64,000 nt of DNA from an uncultured Pseudobdellovibrionaceae bacterium (GTDB lineage: Bacteria; Bdellovibrionota; Bdellovibrionia; Bdellovibrionales; UBA1609), in the NCBI GenBank assembly GCA_963803705.1, contig CAWDNU010000001.1:1-64000 (forward strand), read 5' to 3'. Under the pieces are notes generated by a model. That model was not told where the DNA came from, searched no databases, and was given only the letters and a program-made list of their open reading frames with translations. Shown in pieces: positions 54,137-64,000 of this stretch. The position numbers and the translations under genes were made by a program. Position 1 is the first letter of the stretch, and every line of letters starts with the position of its first letter.

Positions 54137-55747
54137 GTGAGTTTGGATATTATCGGAAAAAAATTTAATTTGAAGGACAAAGATTTTAGATCTAATTATT
54201 TAAATTTAAAATCCATAACTAAAACTTACAAAACACTATTGGCTGAGATTAAAAAAGGCGGCGGTGAAAAACGCGCAGCTAAACATAAAGCTAAAGGTAA
54301 ACTTTTGGCTCGTGAACGAATCGAGGCATTACTCGACCCAGACAGCTCTTTTTTAGAATTCTCTTCGTTAGCGGCTTATAATCTTTACGACAACAAGGCC
54401 CCATCTGCAGGAATAGTGACTGGTATCGGAAATGTCAGCGGTATTCAATGTGTAATCATTGCTAACGATGCCACTGTGAAAGGTGGTAGTTATTACCCAT
54501 TGACAGCAAAAAAACATTTGCGCGCTCAAGAAATCGCTATGGAAAATGGTTTACCCTGTATTTATTTAGTTGATAGCGGAGGTGCTTTTTTACCTTTACA
54601 ATCAGAGGTCTTTCCAGACAGAGATCATTTTGGACGGGTATTTTATAACCAGGCCCAAATGTCAGCGCAAGGTATACCTCAAATTTCTGTAGTTATGGGA
54701 AGTTGTACTGCTGGTGGAGCTTACGTTCCGGCTATGAGCGATGAGAACATTATAGTTAACGGGACAGGTACAATTTTTTTAGGTGGCCCTCCCTTGGTTA
54801 AAGCGGCAACTGGCGAAGTAGTGACCTCAGACGAGCTAGGTGGAGCTAAAGCTCATACAGAACTAAGTGGAGTTGCAGATCATTTTGCTGAAAATGATCT
54901 AGAAGCATTAAAGTTATGCCGAAGCATTTTAGCCAATGCGAATCAAAAAACCAAAGCAGAAGTGCAAATCAAACCACGAGATCCTTTTTACGATCCTGAT
55001 GAAATTTACGGTATAGTTTCCAAAGACCCAAGGAAGCCTTTTGACATTTTAGAAATAATCGCCCGCATCGTAGATGGAAGCGAATTTCACGAATTTAAAT
55101 CAAGGTATGCGAAAACTATTATCACTGGTTTTGCAAATATTTATGGTTACAAGGTTGGAATCATTGCCAACAACGGGATCTTATTTAGCGAAAGCTCTTT
55201 AAAGGCCGCACACTTTATAGATTTGTGCGGGCAACGAAGAATTCCAATTGTTTTTCTACAAAACATAACTGGATTCATGGTTGGAAAAAAATATGAAAAT
55301 GCAGGTATCGCAAAAGATGGTGCTAAGATGGTGATGGCGGTAAGTAACGCTACCGTTCCAAAGTTTACCGTTATAGTTGGTGGCTCTTATGGCGCCGGAA
55401 ACTATGGGATGTGCGGTCGTGCTTATCAACCTAGACAGCTTTGGATGTGGCCCAACGCAAGAATTTCTGTAATGGGCGGAGAACAAGCAGCCAACGTTTT
55501 ATGGGCCGTCAAAAAAGAGCAGATGGAAAAAGCTGGTATGACTATTAAGCCTGATGATGAGATGAACTTGAAAAAACCGATTTTAGAAAAGTATGAGATT
55601 GAAAGTTCGGCCTACTATTCAACAGCAAGACTGTGGGATGATGGAATTATTGATCCTAAAGATACACGGAAGGTCTTAGCATTAGGAATCAGTGCAAGTT
55701 ATAATAAGAAATGGCATGATTCTGTTAAAGGCGTTTATAGAATGTGA
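54137..55747 (+). CDS. liuB: 3-methylcrotonyl-CoA carboxylase beta subunit
   Basis: [50 protein letters not shown]. Confidence 0.95.
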   Translation: MSLDIIGKKFNLKDKDFRSNYLNLKSITKTYKTLLAEIKKGGGEKRAAKHKAKGKLLARERIEALLDPDSSFLEFSSLAAYNLYDNKAPSAGIVTGIGNVSGIQCVIIANDATVKGGSYYPLTAKKHLRAQEIAMENGLPCIYLVDSGGAFLPLQSEVFPDRDHFGRVFYNQAQMSAQGIPQISVVMGSCTAGGAYVPAMSDENIIVNGTGTIFLGGPPLVKAATGEVVTSDELGGAKAHTELSGVADHFAENDLEALKLCRSILANANQKTKAEVQIKPRDPFYDPDEIYGIVSKDPRKPFDILEIIARIVDGSEFHEFKSRYAKTIITGFANIYGYKVGIIANNGILFSESSLKAAHFIDLCGQRRIPIVFLQNITGFMVGKKYENAGIAKDGAKMVMAVSNATVPKFTVIVGGSYGAGNYGMCGRAYQPRQLWMWPNARISVMGGEQAANVLWAVKKEQMEKAGMTIKPDDEMNLKKPILEKYEIESSAYYSTARLWDDGIIDPKDTRKVLALGISASYNKKWHDSVKGVYRM

Positions 55748-55831
55748 CTTTACATAAAACTTTACCGTGAATTACATGGTTCTGACGAAAATTTACATTT
55801 TTACGAACAGGCTTTATCGAAAGGGGCAAAA

Positions 55832-56596
55832 ATGAAGTTTATTGAATTAAAAAAAACGGATTCTATTTTCTATATTATCTTAAATAGACCAGATAAAAAA
55901 AATGCACTAAATTTTGAATTGATAGAAGAACTATCTAATACATTTATCGAACTTGAAAAAGATGATGCATGCAAATTAATAGTCATCAAAGGATCAGGGG
56001 ATGTTTTTTGTTCTGGCGCAGATCTATCTTGGATGCAAAAACAGATTGATCAAACCTTCGAAGAAAATTTAAACGAGTCCAACATTTTATTTGATATGTT
56101 CAAAAATTTATCTCTTATTACAAAACCAGTGGTAAGTTACGTCCACAAGTACGTAATGGGGGGCGCGATCGGTCTTGTCGCTTGCAGTGATTACTGCTTT
56201 GCTGAAGAGGATACAAAATTTTGCTTTAGCGAAACAAAATTTGGCTTGGCCCCTTCTGTAATAGCGCCTTTTATTTTAAATAAGTGTAATTTTAATCATA
56301 TTCAAAAGCAGATGCTGTTTGCAGAATTTTTTACTGCCAACGAAGCTTATAACATTGGATTAGTTCATTCAGTAGATACCCAGGCTGAACTTTCCAAGAA
56401 GTTCGAAAATTTTTTAAAGCATCTTGCAAGCTTAGATCTTGCCGCCGTTAGGGAAGCAAAAAAAATGATTTTAGAGATAAGAAAAAGTAGTTTTGAAGAT
56501 CACAGAAATATTACGACCAACTTAATTTCTAAATTGCGTGTTCAGGACGAAGCCCAGGGTCGACTCAAAAAGTTTCTGGAGAAAACAGATTCATGA
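55832..56596 (+). CDS. liuC: Enoyl-CoA hydratase / methylglutaconyl-CoA hydratase
   Basis: LNRPDKKNA, FCSGADL.WM, GGAIGLVAC.D, FSETKFGL.P; operon context. Confidence 0.88.
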   Translation: MKFIELKKTDSIFYIILNRPDKKNALNFELIEELSNTFIELEKDDACKLIVIKGSGDVFCSGADLSWMQKQIDQTFEENLNESNILFDMFKNLSLITKPVVSYVHKYVMGGAIGLVACSDYCFAEEDTKFCFSETKFGLAPSVIAPFILNKCNFNHIQKQMLFAEFFTANEAYNIGLVHSVDTQAELSKKFENFLKHLASLDLAAVREAKKMILEIRKSSFEDHRNITTNLISKLRVQDEAQGRLKKFLEKTDS

Positions 56597-58443
56597 AAAG
56601 CATTCAAAAAATTGCTATAGCTAACAGAGGCGAAGTTGCATGTAGAATTCACCGGACCTGCCTTAAGCTGGGAATCAAAACGGTGCTGCTTCATTCTGAA
56701 CCAGACGTAAAAACTTTAGCCTATAGAATATGTGATGAAACCTACTGTATTGGCTTAGGTTCAGCCTCTGAAAGCTATTTAAATATTGAAGCACAAATAT
56801 CTGCAGCAAAAAAATGCGGCGCTGACGCCATTCACCCAGGATTTGGATTTTTGTCAGAAAACGCTGAATTCGCAAAGAAAACAATAGAGGCCGGTCTTAT
56901 ATTCATTGGACCAAGTCCAGAATGCATAGAAATGTTTGGTGATAAAATAAGAGCAAAAGCTTTATGTAAAGCTGCTGAAATACCCATGGTTCCAGGCTTT
57001 CAAAGCCAAAGTGCAAGTCTTGAAACCTTAATTATAGAATCAGAAAAAATTGGTTATCCAGTTTTGGTTAAGGCTGCGGCTGGTGGTGGCGGACGTGGAA
57101 TGCGTTTAATTTTAGACCAAGCTAGCGCAAAGCAGCAGATAGAAAGTGCAATGAATGAAGCCTTAAAAGCTTTTGGCAATGAAACAGTCTTTTTAGAAAA
57201 ATTTTTAGATCATGCTAAACACATTGAGGTTCAAATTTTTGGAGATGTAAATGGACATATCTATATTTTAGGGGAAAGAGAGTGCTCTGTTCAACGAAAG
57301 CACCAAAAGATTATTGAAGAAACTCCTTCACCTTCTTTATCCGAGCCTCAAAGAAAAGAAGTTTTTTCTTATGCACGAAAAATTGGGATTCAAGGTCATT
57401 ACCAAAGCGCTGGAACAGTTGAATTTATGTTTCAGGACCAAAAATTTTATTTTTTAGAAGTAAATACCCGTTTGCAAGTTGAACACACTGTAACAGAGGA
57501 AGTTTTAGGAATTGACTTGGTAGAAGCCCAAATTCTGACAGCTGATAGTAAACTCGTCCAATTACCATACAATTTATCGCCCAAAGGCCACTCTGTAGAG
57601 TTAAGGTTATACGCCGAGGACCCTTATCAAGGAGGGATCCCAAGCACAGGTACACTTGGAACTTTGCACCTACCTTTAGCTAATGGCCGAAGATTAGAAA
57701 TTGGAGTTGAACCTAAAGATGAGGTAACACCATTTTATGACTCAATGATTGGTAAAATGATTTCAACTCAAAGAACCAGGATAGAAGCAATTAATGATCT
57801 GATTGAATGGATTAACGATTCTGTTGTTTTTGGTGTTCAAACAAATCTGCCGTTGTTGAAGAAAATACTTAACCACCCGGAATTTGTGATTGGTGATATG
57901 AGCACTAATTTTTTTGACACTTATTTTAAGAATAGCCTTGTATATTCAACATCCAAAGAGGACCAAGACTATATAGAACTTGAGCTGGTTAAAATAAATG
58001 AGCTAAATAAAATACAATATATTGGCCACGATTCCAATAAAATTAAAAATTCTCCGTGGAGTCAAAATTGGCGTAATAAAGAATTATATGCGCCACTGGA
58101 ACTAAATTTGTCTAATCTAGACTTTCAGCAAATTGGACGCTCACTGTGGTGGAAAAAAAATAATGAAATTTTCAAATTTGATTCCATAAACAGACTTGTC
58201 GCTACATCCGATATTGCTGACGGATTGATTAAATCTACGATGCCAGGATCAATTTTTAAAATTCTTTGCTCCCCGGGCCAGAACGTGAAAGCAGGGCAGA
58301 CTCTAATTATTATTGAGGCCATGAAGATGGAGCATTCAATCAAAGCAGACTCACGCGGTGTCGTTAAAGCTGTTAATTTTCTTGAAGGAGACACCGTGCA
58401 AGATGATGATGTTTTGTTAGAGCTTGAACCGTCTAAAAATTAA
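56593..58443 (+). CDS. liuD: 3-methylcrotonyl-CoA carboxylase alpha subunit (biotin carboxylase + BCCP)
   Basis: IANRGEVA, HPGFGFLSEN, GGGGRGMR, EVNTRLQVEH, EAMKME. Confidence 0.93.
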   Translation: MKSIQKIAIANRGEVACRIHRTCLKLGIKTVLLHSEPDVKTLAYRICDETYCIGLGSASESYLNIEAQISAAKKCGADAIHPGFGFLSENAEFAKKTIEAGLIFIGPSPECIEMFGDKIRAKALCKAAEIPMVPGFQSQSASLETLIIESEKIGYPVLVKAAAGGGGRGMRLILDQASAKQQIESAMNEALKAFGNETVFLEKFLDHAKHIEVQIFGDVNGHIYILGERECSVQRKHQKIIEETPSPSLSEPQRKEVFSYARKIGIQGHYQSAGTVEFMFQDQKFYFLEVNTRLQVEHTVTEEVLGIDLVEAQILTADSKLVQLPYNLSPKGHSVELRLYAEDPYQGGIPSTGTLGTLHLPLANGRRLEIGVEPKDEVTPFYDSMIGKMISTQRTRIEAINDLIEWINDSVVFGVQTNLPLLKKILNHPEFVIGDMSTNFFDTYFKNSLVYSTSKEDQDYIELELVKINELNKIQYIGHDSNKIKNSPWSQNWRNKELYAPLELNLSNLDFQQIGRSLWWKKNNEIFKFDSINRLVATSDIADGLIKSTMPGSIFKILCSPGQNVKAGQTLIIIEAMKMEHSIKADSRGVVKAVNFLEGDTVQDDDVLLELEPSKN

Positions 58444-58463
58444 TTCAATAAACAGAGGGAATT

Positions 58464-59363
58464 GTGAAGAAAACTATCAAAATTGTGGAAGTAGGACCTA
58501 GGGATGGTTTGCAAAATGAACTTATCATTTTGGACCCCAAAATAAAGGCAGAATTTATTTCAAGACTTTCTAGAACTGGTATTAAGCACATCGAAGTTGG
58601 TGCGCTGGTTTCGCCAAAGTGGGTTCCTCAAATGGAGGGCTCGGAATTAATTTTTAAAAAGTTTGCCAAAGAAAATACAAAAGGTATAAGTTACTCACTG
58701 CTTGTTCCCAACTTAAAAGGTCTTGATAAAGCCATCGATAGTGGTGCTAAAGAGGTGGCAATTTTTGCTGCGGCATCAGAAACTTTTAGTAAGAAAAATA
58801 TTAACTGTTCAATAAAAGAAAGTTTTGATCGATTTTCTTCAGTGATGAAAAAAGCTAAATCTGAAAAAATAAAAGTACGAGGATACTTGAGCACTGTTTT
58901 TGAATGCCCTTTCGAAGGGCCTATAAAGCCTTCAGTGGTGTCTAACTTAACTAAAAAGCTGCTCGATATTGGCTGTTACGAAGTTTCCCTGGGCGATACC
59001 ACCGGAGTTGGTACACCAAATAACGTAGAAGATTTATCTAAGTCTTTGAAGAAAAAAAACATCCTAACTTCAAAAATAGCCATGCACTTTCACAATACTC
59101 GAGGTACGGCTTTGGCAAATGTTTTAAAGAGTTTAGATCTTGGGTATCGAAATTTTGACGCCAGTGTAGGTGGATTAGGCGGATGCCCTTATGCTCCGGG
59201 GGCGTTGGGAAATTTGGCTACTGAAGACCTTGTATATTTTCTAGAGCGAATGGGTTTTGAAACAGGTATCAATCTGAAGAAATTGATTTTAGTTCACCAC
59301 TGGATTCAAAGTGTAATTGGTAGACCGCTTTCTTCACACATGGGGCGCTCTGGATTGGCTTAG
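58464..59363 (+). CDS. liuE: Hydroxymethylglutaryl-CoA lyase
   Basis: EVGPRDGLQNE, SLGDT.G, HFHNTRG, GGCPYAPGA.GN.ATED. Confidence 0.96.
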   Translation: MKKTIKIVEVGPRDGLQNELIILDPKIKAEFISRLSRTGIKHIEVGALVSPKWVPQMEGSELIFKKFAKENTKGISYSLLVPNLKGLDKAIDSGAKEVAIFAAASETFSKKNINCSIKESFDRFSSVMKKAKSEKIKVRGYLSTVFECPFEGPIKPSVVSNLTKKLLDIGCYEVSLGDTTGVGTPNNVEDLSKSLKKKNILTSKIAMHFHNTRGTALANVLKSLDLGYRNFDASVGGLGGCPYAPGALGNLATEDLVYFLERMGFETGINLKKLILVHHWIQSVIGRPLSSHMGRSGLA

Positions 59364-59414
59364 TTACCATTTAGGTGCCTAAATAGCGCAGGATTCGGAA
59401 GCGGGTACTTAAAA

Positions 59415-60188
59415 CTAAATATTTTTTTGGTAGCTTATTCGGATTCCTTGTAAAACAAGATCTGAAATCTCTACATCAAACAGATCTTCATCTTTAAATA
59501 ACTGTGCTAATCCACCGGTTGCTATGACCACAGGTTTTTGCTTATCACCAAAAGTTTCTGCTTTGATACGATTTAAGATCTCACGAACAGCGCCTAATGT
59601 CCCAAAATACAACCCTGACTGAATTGATTCAACGGTACTTTTGCCAACAGCTGATTTGGGCTTAGTTATCTGGACAGAGGGAAGTTTCGCTGTTCGATCT
59701 TCCAGCGCTTCTGCATTAATTTTTATACCCGCTAAAATAGCACCACCTAAATACTCTTTATCTTTGTTCACAGCGTCTACAGTTGTAGCTGTTCCAAAAT
59801 CTATAATGAGTAAATCCTGGTTTGGGAATCCTTCACAAGCAGCTATAGCTGTGGAGATCCGATCCGATCCAACTTCTTTGGGATTTGCTAGCTTTATTTT
59901 AATACCCGTTTTGACGCCGGTATCTAGAAAGAATGGTGTTTTCTTAAAATACTTTAAGATTGCATTTCTAAGTGAGTAATCTTGGCTTGGCACTACAGAG
60001 CAAATTCCTACTTGCTTTATATTTTTAGGATCGTATCCATTTTCCGAAATAACAGATTTTAAAAATAGGCCAATTTCGTCGGATGTACGTACTTCAGACG
60101 TTGTTAATCTAAAGTCATGAACTAGCGCTTTATCTTTATATAGGCCGCCATAAATTTGAGTGTTACCTACATCTAAACATAGCATCAT
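59415..60188 (-). CDS. coaX: Type III pantothenate kinase
   Basis: LDVGNT, SVVP, EVGSDR, IDFGTATT, ATGG. Confidence 0.96.
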   Translation of the reverse strand: MMLCLDVGNTQIYGGLYKDKALVHDFRLTTSEVRTSDEIGLFLKSVISENGYDPKNIKQVGICSVVPSQDYSLRNAILKYFKKTPFFLDTGVKTGIKIKLANPKEVGSDRISTAIAACEGFPNQDLLIIDFGTATTVDAVNKDKEYLGGAILAGIKINAEALEDRTAKLPSVQITKPKSAVGKSTVESIQSGLYFGTLGAVREILNRIKAETFGDKQKPVVIATGGLAQLFKDEDLFDVEISDLVLQGIRISYQKNI

Positions 60189-61450
60189 ATGCTGGGCCCT
60201 TCCTCTAAAATTTTAGAAATATCTTCAGCCATACTTTTTTTACTGCTTCCGTGAAATAAAAGGCCAGACAAATTATAAATTTCGTAGCTGTGTTTCTGGT
60301 CTGATATGTTTTCAAGGGAATTAACAACAACGCAGTGGGAATCTTTTAAAATTTTTTCTATTTCGCTTTGAACTATTTCTTCGTCATCTGTTCGCAAAAG
60401 CTTAAAGCCTACAGTTTTAATATTCTTGTTTAAAGAGACGTTTCTAATATTTTCGATTAGTTTTTCATTTTTTTTAAATTCAATAGTAAATTTTTCGCTA
60501 GAGGATATCTTCTCGGTCATTGGAAGTTTTAAGGACTTTTCATTGAAGTGAATCACACTAGGTGAGTAATCACTAACTGCAGCCAAATGAATAATAGCGT
60601 CAAAGTGATTTTCAGAAAGTAATCTGTTTAGCTTAGTTTTTAATTCTGAAAACGATACGAAGTGCTCTACGTAGATTTGATCTTCAATTTCAGATATTTT
60701 TGAATTCATACTTTTTGCGCCTAAAAGGTAAACTTCATTATTTTTAGCTAAATGCCTGCAGATTTGTAACCCCGTATCTCCTGTGCTGACATTAGTGATC
60801 TGTCTAACTGGATCAATTGATTCTGAAGTTCCCCCTGCAGTTATCAAAATTTTTTTTCTGTTACCTATGCTTGATCTGTGCAGATCGCGCTTTACTGGAT
60901 TTAGGGAGTTTAGAGCATTCTGAATATAACTGAGTATTTGATCGGGTTCGACCAGGCGACCCGAACCAGTGTGTCCGCAAGCCAAATGTCCTGGCTCGCC
61001 GAAAAAAAAGGATATATTCATAGATTTTAAATTCTGAATAGCCCTTTGAATCGGGATTGATTCAAGCATCCGAGTGTTCATTGCTGGAAAAATTAGATAG
61101 GGTTTAGCTGGATCCTTTGATAAAGCTAATGTGGTCACTATATTGTCTGATATACCTGCAGAAATCTTTGCAAGCGTATTTGCAGAAGCCGGACACAAAA
61201 CTGTTAGATCGCACCAATCGTTCAGATGAATGTGCGACATCATTTCACCGGACTCATACAAATTGGAGTACACTGCCGATCCAGTTAAGCCCTCGATAGT
61301 AGCCTTTCCTATAAATCGAAGATGCATCGTTTGTAGCCACCACTTTCACCATGTGGCCTTTTTGAACCAATTTAGAGATTACTTCGCACGACTTGTAACA
61401 GGCGATTGAACCAGACATCTTAAAAAGAATATTCTTAGCAATTTGGCTAT
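60185..61450 (-). CDS. coaBC: CoaBC (PPC decarboxylase/synthetase); frameshift near 61325; N-terminus in frame with panC; start approximate
   Basis: ILFKMSGSIACYK at the end of the panC ORF, then HI.L..W.D...PASANT.AK, PAMN..M, LACG..G.GR, ITAGGT.E.ID.VR, HLAAVSDY. Confidence 0.92.
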
Positions 61451-62360
61451 CTTCGCCTTTAACTTGTAACAATTGTTTAGATTCCAAACTCAATCCAATT
61501 TTATTGGTGCTGAAAGAAGGTTCAGTCCGATCAGTTGAATTCACATCAAGCTCTTTTTTTGTTTTTGCGTTAGATTGTAAAGATCGATTATCTATCAACC
61601 GTATATTACCGATCGTTACTGCAACGAACTTTCTACCCCATTTCTCTTTCAGATAATCTATTTTTAAATCTAGCTTTTCTAAGTTGGTGCGAATAATTTC
61701 CAAATTGTCTGAGCTTGCAAAAATTTGTGCATATTTATCCGCAAGTTCCTTCTGGTTAACAGTGAGGTTTAAGTTTCTTGAACTTAGCGCTAACCCTGAC
61801 TCCTCTCTTACTGTCTCTACACCATGAACATCAAGTTTTAAAAACATATCCTTTGCCATGTTTTTAACAAGCATATATTGCTGATAATCTTTCAAACCCA
61901 TGTAAACGTTTGTAGGTTGAACTAAATTAAAAAGCTTAATAAGCACGGTGAGCACTCCATCAAAATGACCTGGTCTGTTTAGTCCACACAAGTCCATTGA
62001 ATTTTCTTTTTCAGTTAATTTATAAGTATAACCATTGGGGTAAATTTCATGCTCTGTTGGAACAAAAACAGCATTTACGCCCATTCGCACCAAAGCTTCT
62101 ATGTCTGAACTTAGGTGATTTGGATAAGACTTAAAGTCACTTCTGTCATTGAATTGGGCAGGATTAACAAAAATACTAACTACAGTAATTTTATTTTGTC
62201 TTAATGACCTATCAACCAATTCAAAATGGCCACGATGCAAAGAACCCATCGTCGGGACAAACCCAATACTAGTCTTAGCATCACCTGATTCAGACAAAAT
62301 CTGTTTCTTGTAATTTTCTAAATCTGCGACGGTCTTTAAGATGCTAATCATAACGCTCAC
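61451..62360 (-). CDS. panC: Pantoate-beta-alanine ligase (no stop before the CoaC domain as assembled)
   Basis: GFVPTMGSLHRGH, SIFVNP.QF, RPGHFDGV, G.KDYQQ, RE.SGLALSSRN, RLIDN. Confidence 0.96.
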
Positions 62361-63129
62361 TTACTGAAGGAAATTCTTGGCTATGCACATCACTCACATA
62401 CTTATCCACACTTGATCGAATTAATTCTGCTCCATTTAAATATTGTCTCACAAACTTAGCTTTGAATTCAGTAAGTCCTAAAAAATCATGAAGCACCAAA
62501 ATTTGACCATCAGTTTTAGCGCCAGCACCGATGCCAATTGTTGGAATTCTTAGTTCATCAGTAATTGCAGCTGCTAGCTCGTCAGGAATACACTCGAGCA
62601 CCATTGCAAAAACACCTAAAGATTGCAGTTCCAAAGCCCAACTTAAGATCTGGGCTTTGGCAATGTCTGATTTACCTTGAACTTTAAAGCCACCGTAACT
62701 TTGGACATGTTGAGGCATTAAACCCAAATGACCCATCACTGGCACCCCGATTTGCACCAGGCTTTTTATCCTTTTCTGATGGCCTTCAACACCTTCTATT
62801 TTTAATGCGTTAGCACCACACGCCATCAGACTTTTCACTGCATTAAAAAAGATATCGTCAGACATTTGCATAAGTCCAAAGGGCAAGTCGCAAACTATAA
62901 ACTTTTTTGGAGCCCCCCTTACTACTGCCCTGCACATTTGCTCTAAGCTTAAAACGCTTGCGCCCAATGTGTTGTACTCACCATGTATAACCATGGATGA
63001 GCTATCACCAACAAGTATTGCATCTACTTTTGACTTTTCTAAAACTCGAGCAAAGGTGTAATCGTAGCAAGTTAACATACTAATTTTTATTTTTTTATTC
63101 TTCTTTATATTCCAGTCTTCAATTTTCAC
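62344..63129 (-). CDS. panB: 3-methyl-2-oxobutanoate hydroxymethyltransferase
   Basis: MLTCYD, ILVGDS, DLPF, KIEG, GHLGL.PQ, IGIGAG..DGQILV.HD; AGGAG RBS before the GTG at 63129. Confidence 0.97.
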   Translation of the reverse strand: MKIEDWNIKKNKKIKISMLTCYDYTFARVLEKSKVDAILVGDSSSMVIHGEYNTLGASVLSLEQMCRAVVRGAPKKFIVCDLPFGLMQMSDDIFFNAVKSLMACGANALKIEGVEGHQKRIKSLVQIGVPVMGHLGLMPQHVQSYGGFKVQGKSDIAKAQILSWALELQSLGVFAMVLECIPDELAAAITDELRIPTIGIGAGAKTDGQILVLHDFLGLTEFKAKFVRQYLNGAELIRSSVDKYVSDVHSQEFPSVSERYD

Positions 63130-63847
63130 GGGTAAATAGCTCCTGTTCAAAAAGATTTTCCATCTGTTCATAAATTTTTAATAAAACAGGATTTTGATTT
63201 TCTAAGGTTTGCTTGTGTTTCAAAATTGATAAATTATCTCGTCTAATCATAGGTCCCGTCAGTCTGGACTCAGAATTATCTTTGAAAACGGAATCGATCG
63301 ATGCCTTTACTAAAATTTCGTAATCCTTAAATACCAAATCTAAAGGGAAATTTTTCTTTACTGTCTGCAAGTAAAGCTGACTAAAGTTACCTAAAAGTAC
63401 TGCCATGCAGTGATATTTGGTTTTCAAATTCGCAGGTATGTACCTTATATTTTTCAGCTTCTTTTTATGTTGATAGTAAAAATCTTCACTATCGGTGTAG
63501 ATTGGAATACACTCATAATCTAAAATTTTTGCATCTTGAGAAAAGGTCATTAAAGGATGCAGACCAATTATTCCAGCGAAGCTTAAAGCGCCAGATAAAT
63601 GGTAAAAATGCGCTTTTTCAGAAAATTTAGATTTAAGACTTCTATATACCTCTAAAATACTGTTATCAGAAACAGCCAAAAATACAGCTTTGGGTTCGGT
63701 TGAGGAATAACCAAAATCAAATAAAGTATCTCTATCACAAAATATAAAATTATCGTGCAGAAGCGAAAAGAGTTTTGGAACGTGAGAAGAGATTTGCCCT
63801 TTGCCAACAACCAGTGCATTAGAAACTATCGTAGTGTTTAAGCTCAT
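63119..63847 (-). CDS. Rossmann-like/DUF2520 protein, probable PanG-type ketopantoate reductase
   Basis: FLAVSD..I, HLSGA, LHPLMTF, K..YH..AV...NF, LTGP..R.D......H; directly upstream of panB. Confidence 0.85.
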   Translation of the reverse strand: MSLNTTIVSNALVVGKGQISSHVPKLFSLLHDNFIFCDRDTLFDFGYSSTEPKAVFLAVSDNSILEVYRSLKSKFSEKAHFYHLSGALSFAGIIGLHPLMTFSQDAKILDYECIPIYTDSEDFYYQHKKKLKNIRYIPANLKTKYHCMAVLLGNFSQLYLQTVKKNFPLDLVFKDYEILVKASIDSVFKDNSESRLTGPMIRRDNLSILKHKQTLENQNPVLLKIYEQMENLFEQELFTREN

Positions 63848-64000
63848 AAGTACCTGTCCCAGAGATCAAGTCTTTGATCACTTTTTATCTAAACTCGACA
63901 CGGGGGTCAATCTGATATATAAGATTAAGCCTAATGAAGTATAAAGCTCCGCCAACAGAATCTATTCTACTGCTGTTTTCTTTTGTTGTGACGGGAATCG

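Overview
Two unrelated-looking segments. (1) About 1-4390 is a more GC-rich, indel-riddled stretch of Bacteroidota character: a frameshifted Rpn/YhgA-like gene and a 5'-truncated LRR-Ig protein with a T9SS-type C-terminal sorting domain. It joins the rest abruptly and is probably an assembly or read chimera. (2) About 4400-64000 is an AT-rich bacterial chromosome, inferred to be Bdellovibrionota-like from gene content, the SecA tail and sigma28-type promoters. It carries tRNA-Ser(GGA) at 6156-6246, followed by about 8 kb of tandem integrated remnants bounded by tRNA 3'-end repeats at 11962 and 14282. This island holds a VapE-helicase/serine-recombinase-tail deletion fusion reading antisense through the tRNA, and the probable native recombinase C-terminus sits at the far att junction. 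Its cargo is an HGGxSTG-like gene, an orphan DarT-like ADP-ribosyltransferase, a secreted protein with five 30-aa Cys repeats and a RelBE-type TA pair. The rest is mostly housekeeping: prpDBC, FAH/maiA, a cytochrome c oxidase operon, secA, trmL, glnB-glnA, pepN, liu leucine catabolism and pan/coa genes. Non-coding features include a 151-bp MITE-like palindrome and a 13-bp tandem repeat array. Frameshifts in the cox operon, secA and coaBC look like long-read errors. All family calls come from motif recognition by eye; no database searches were run.
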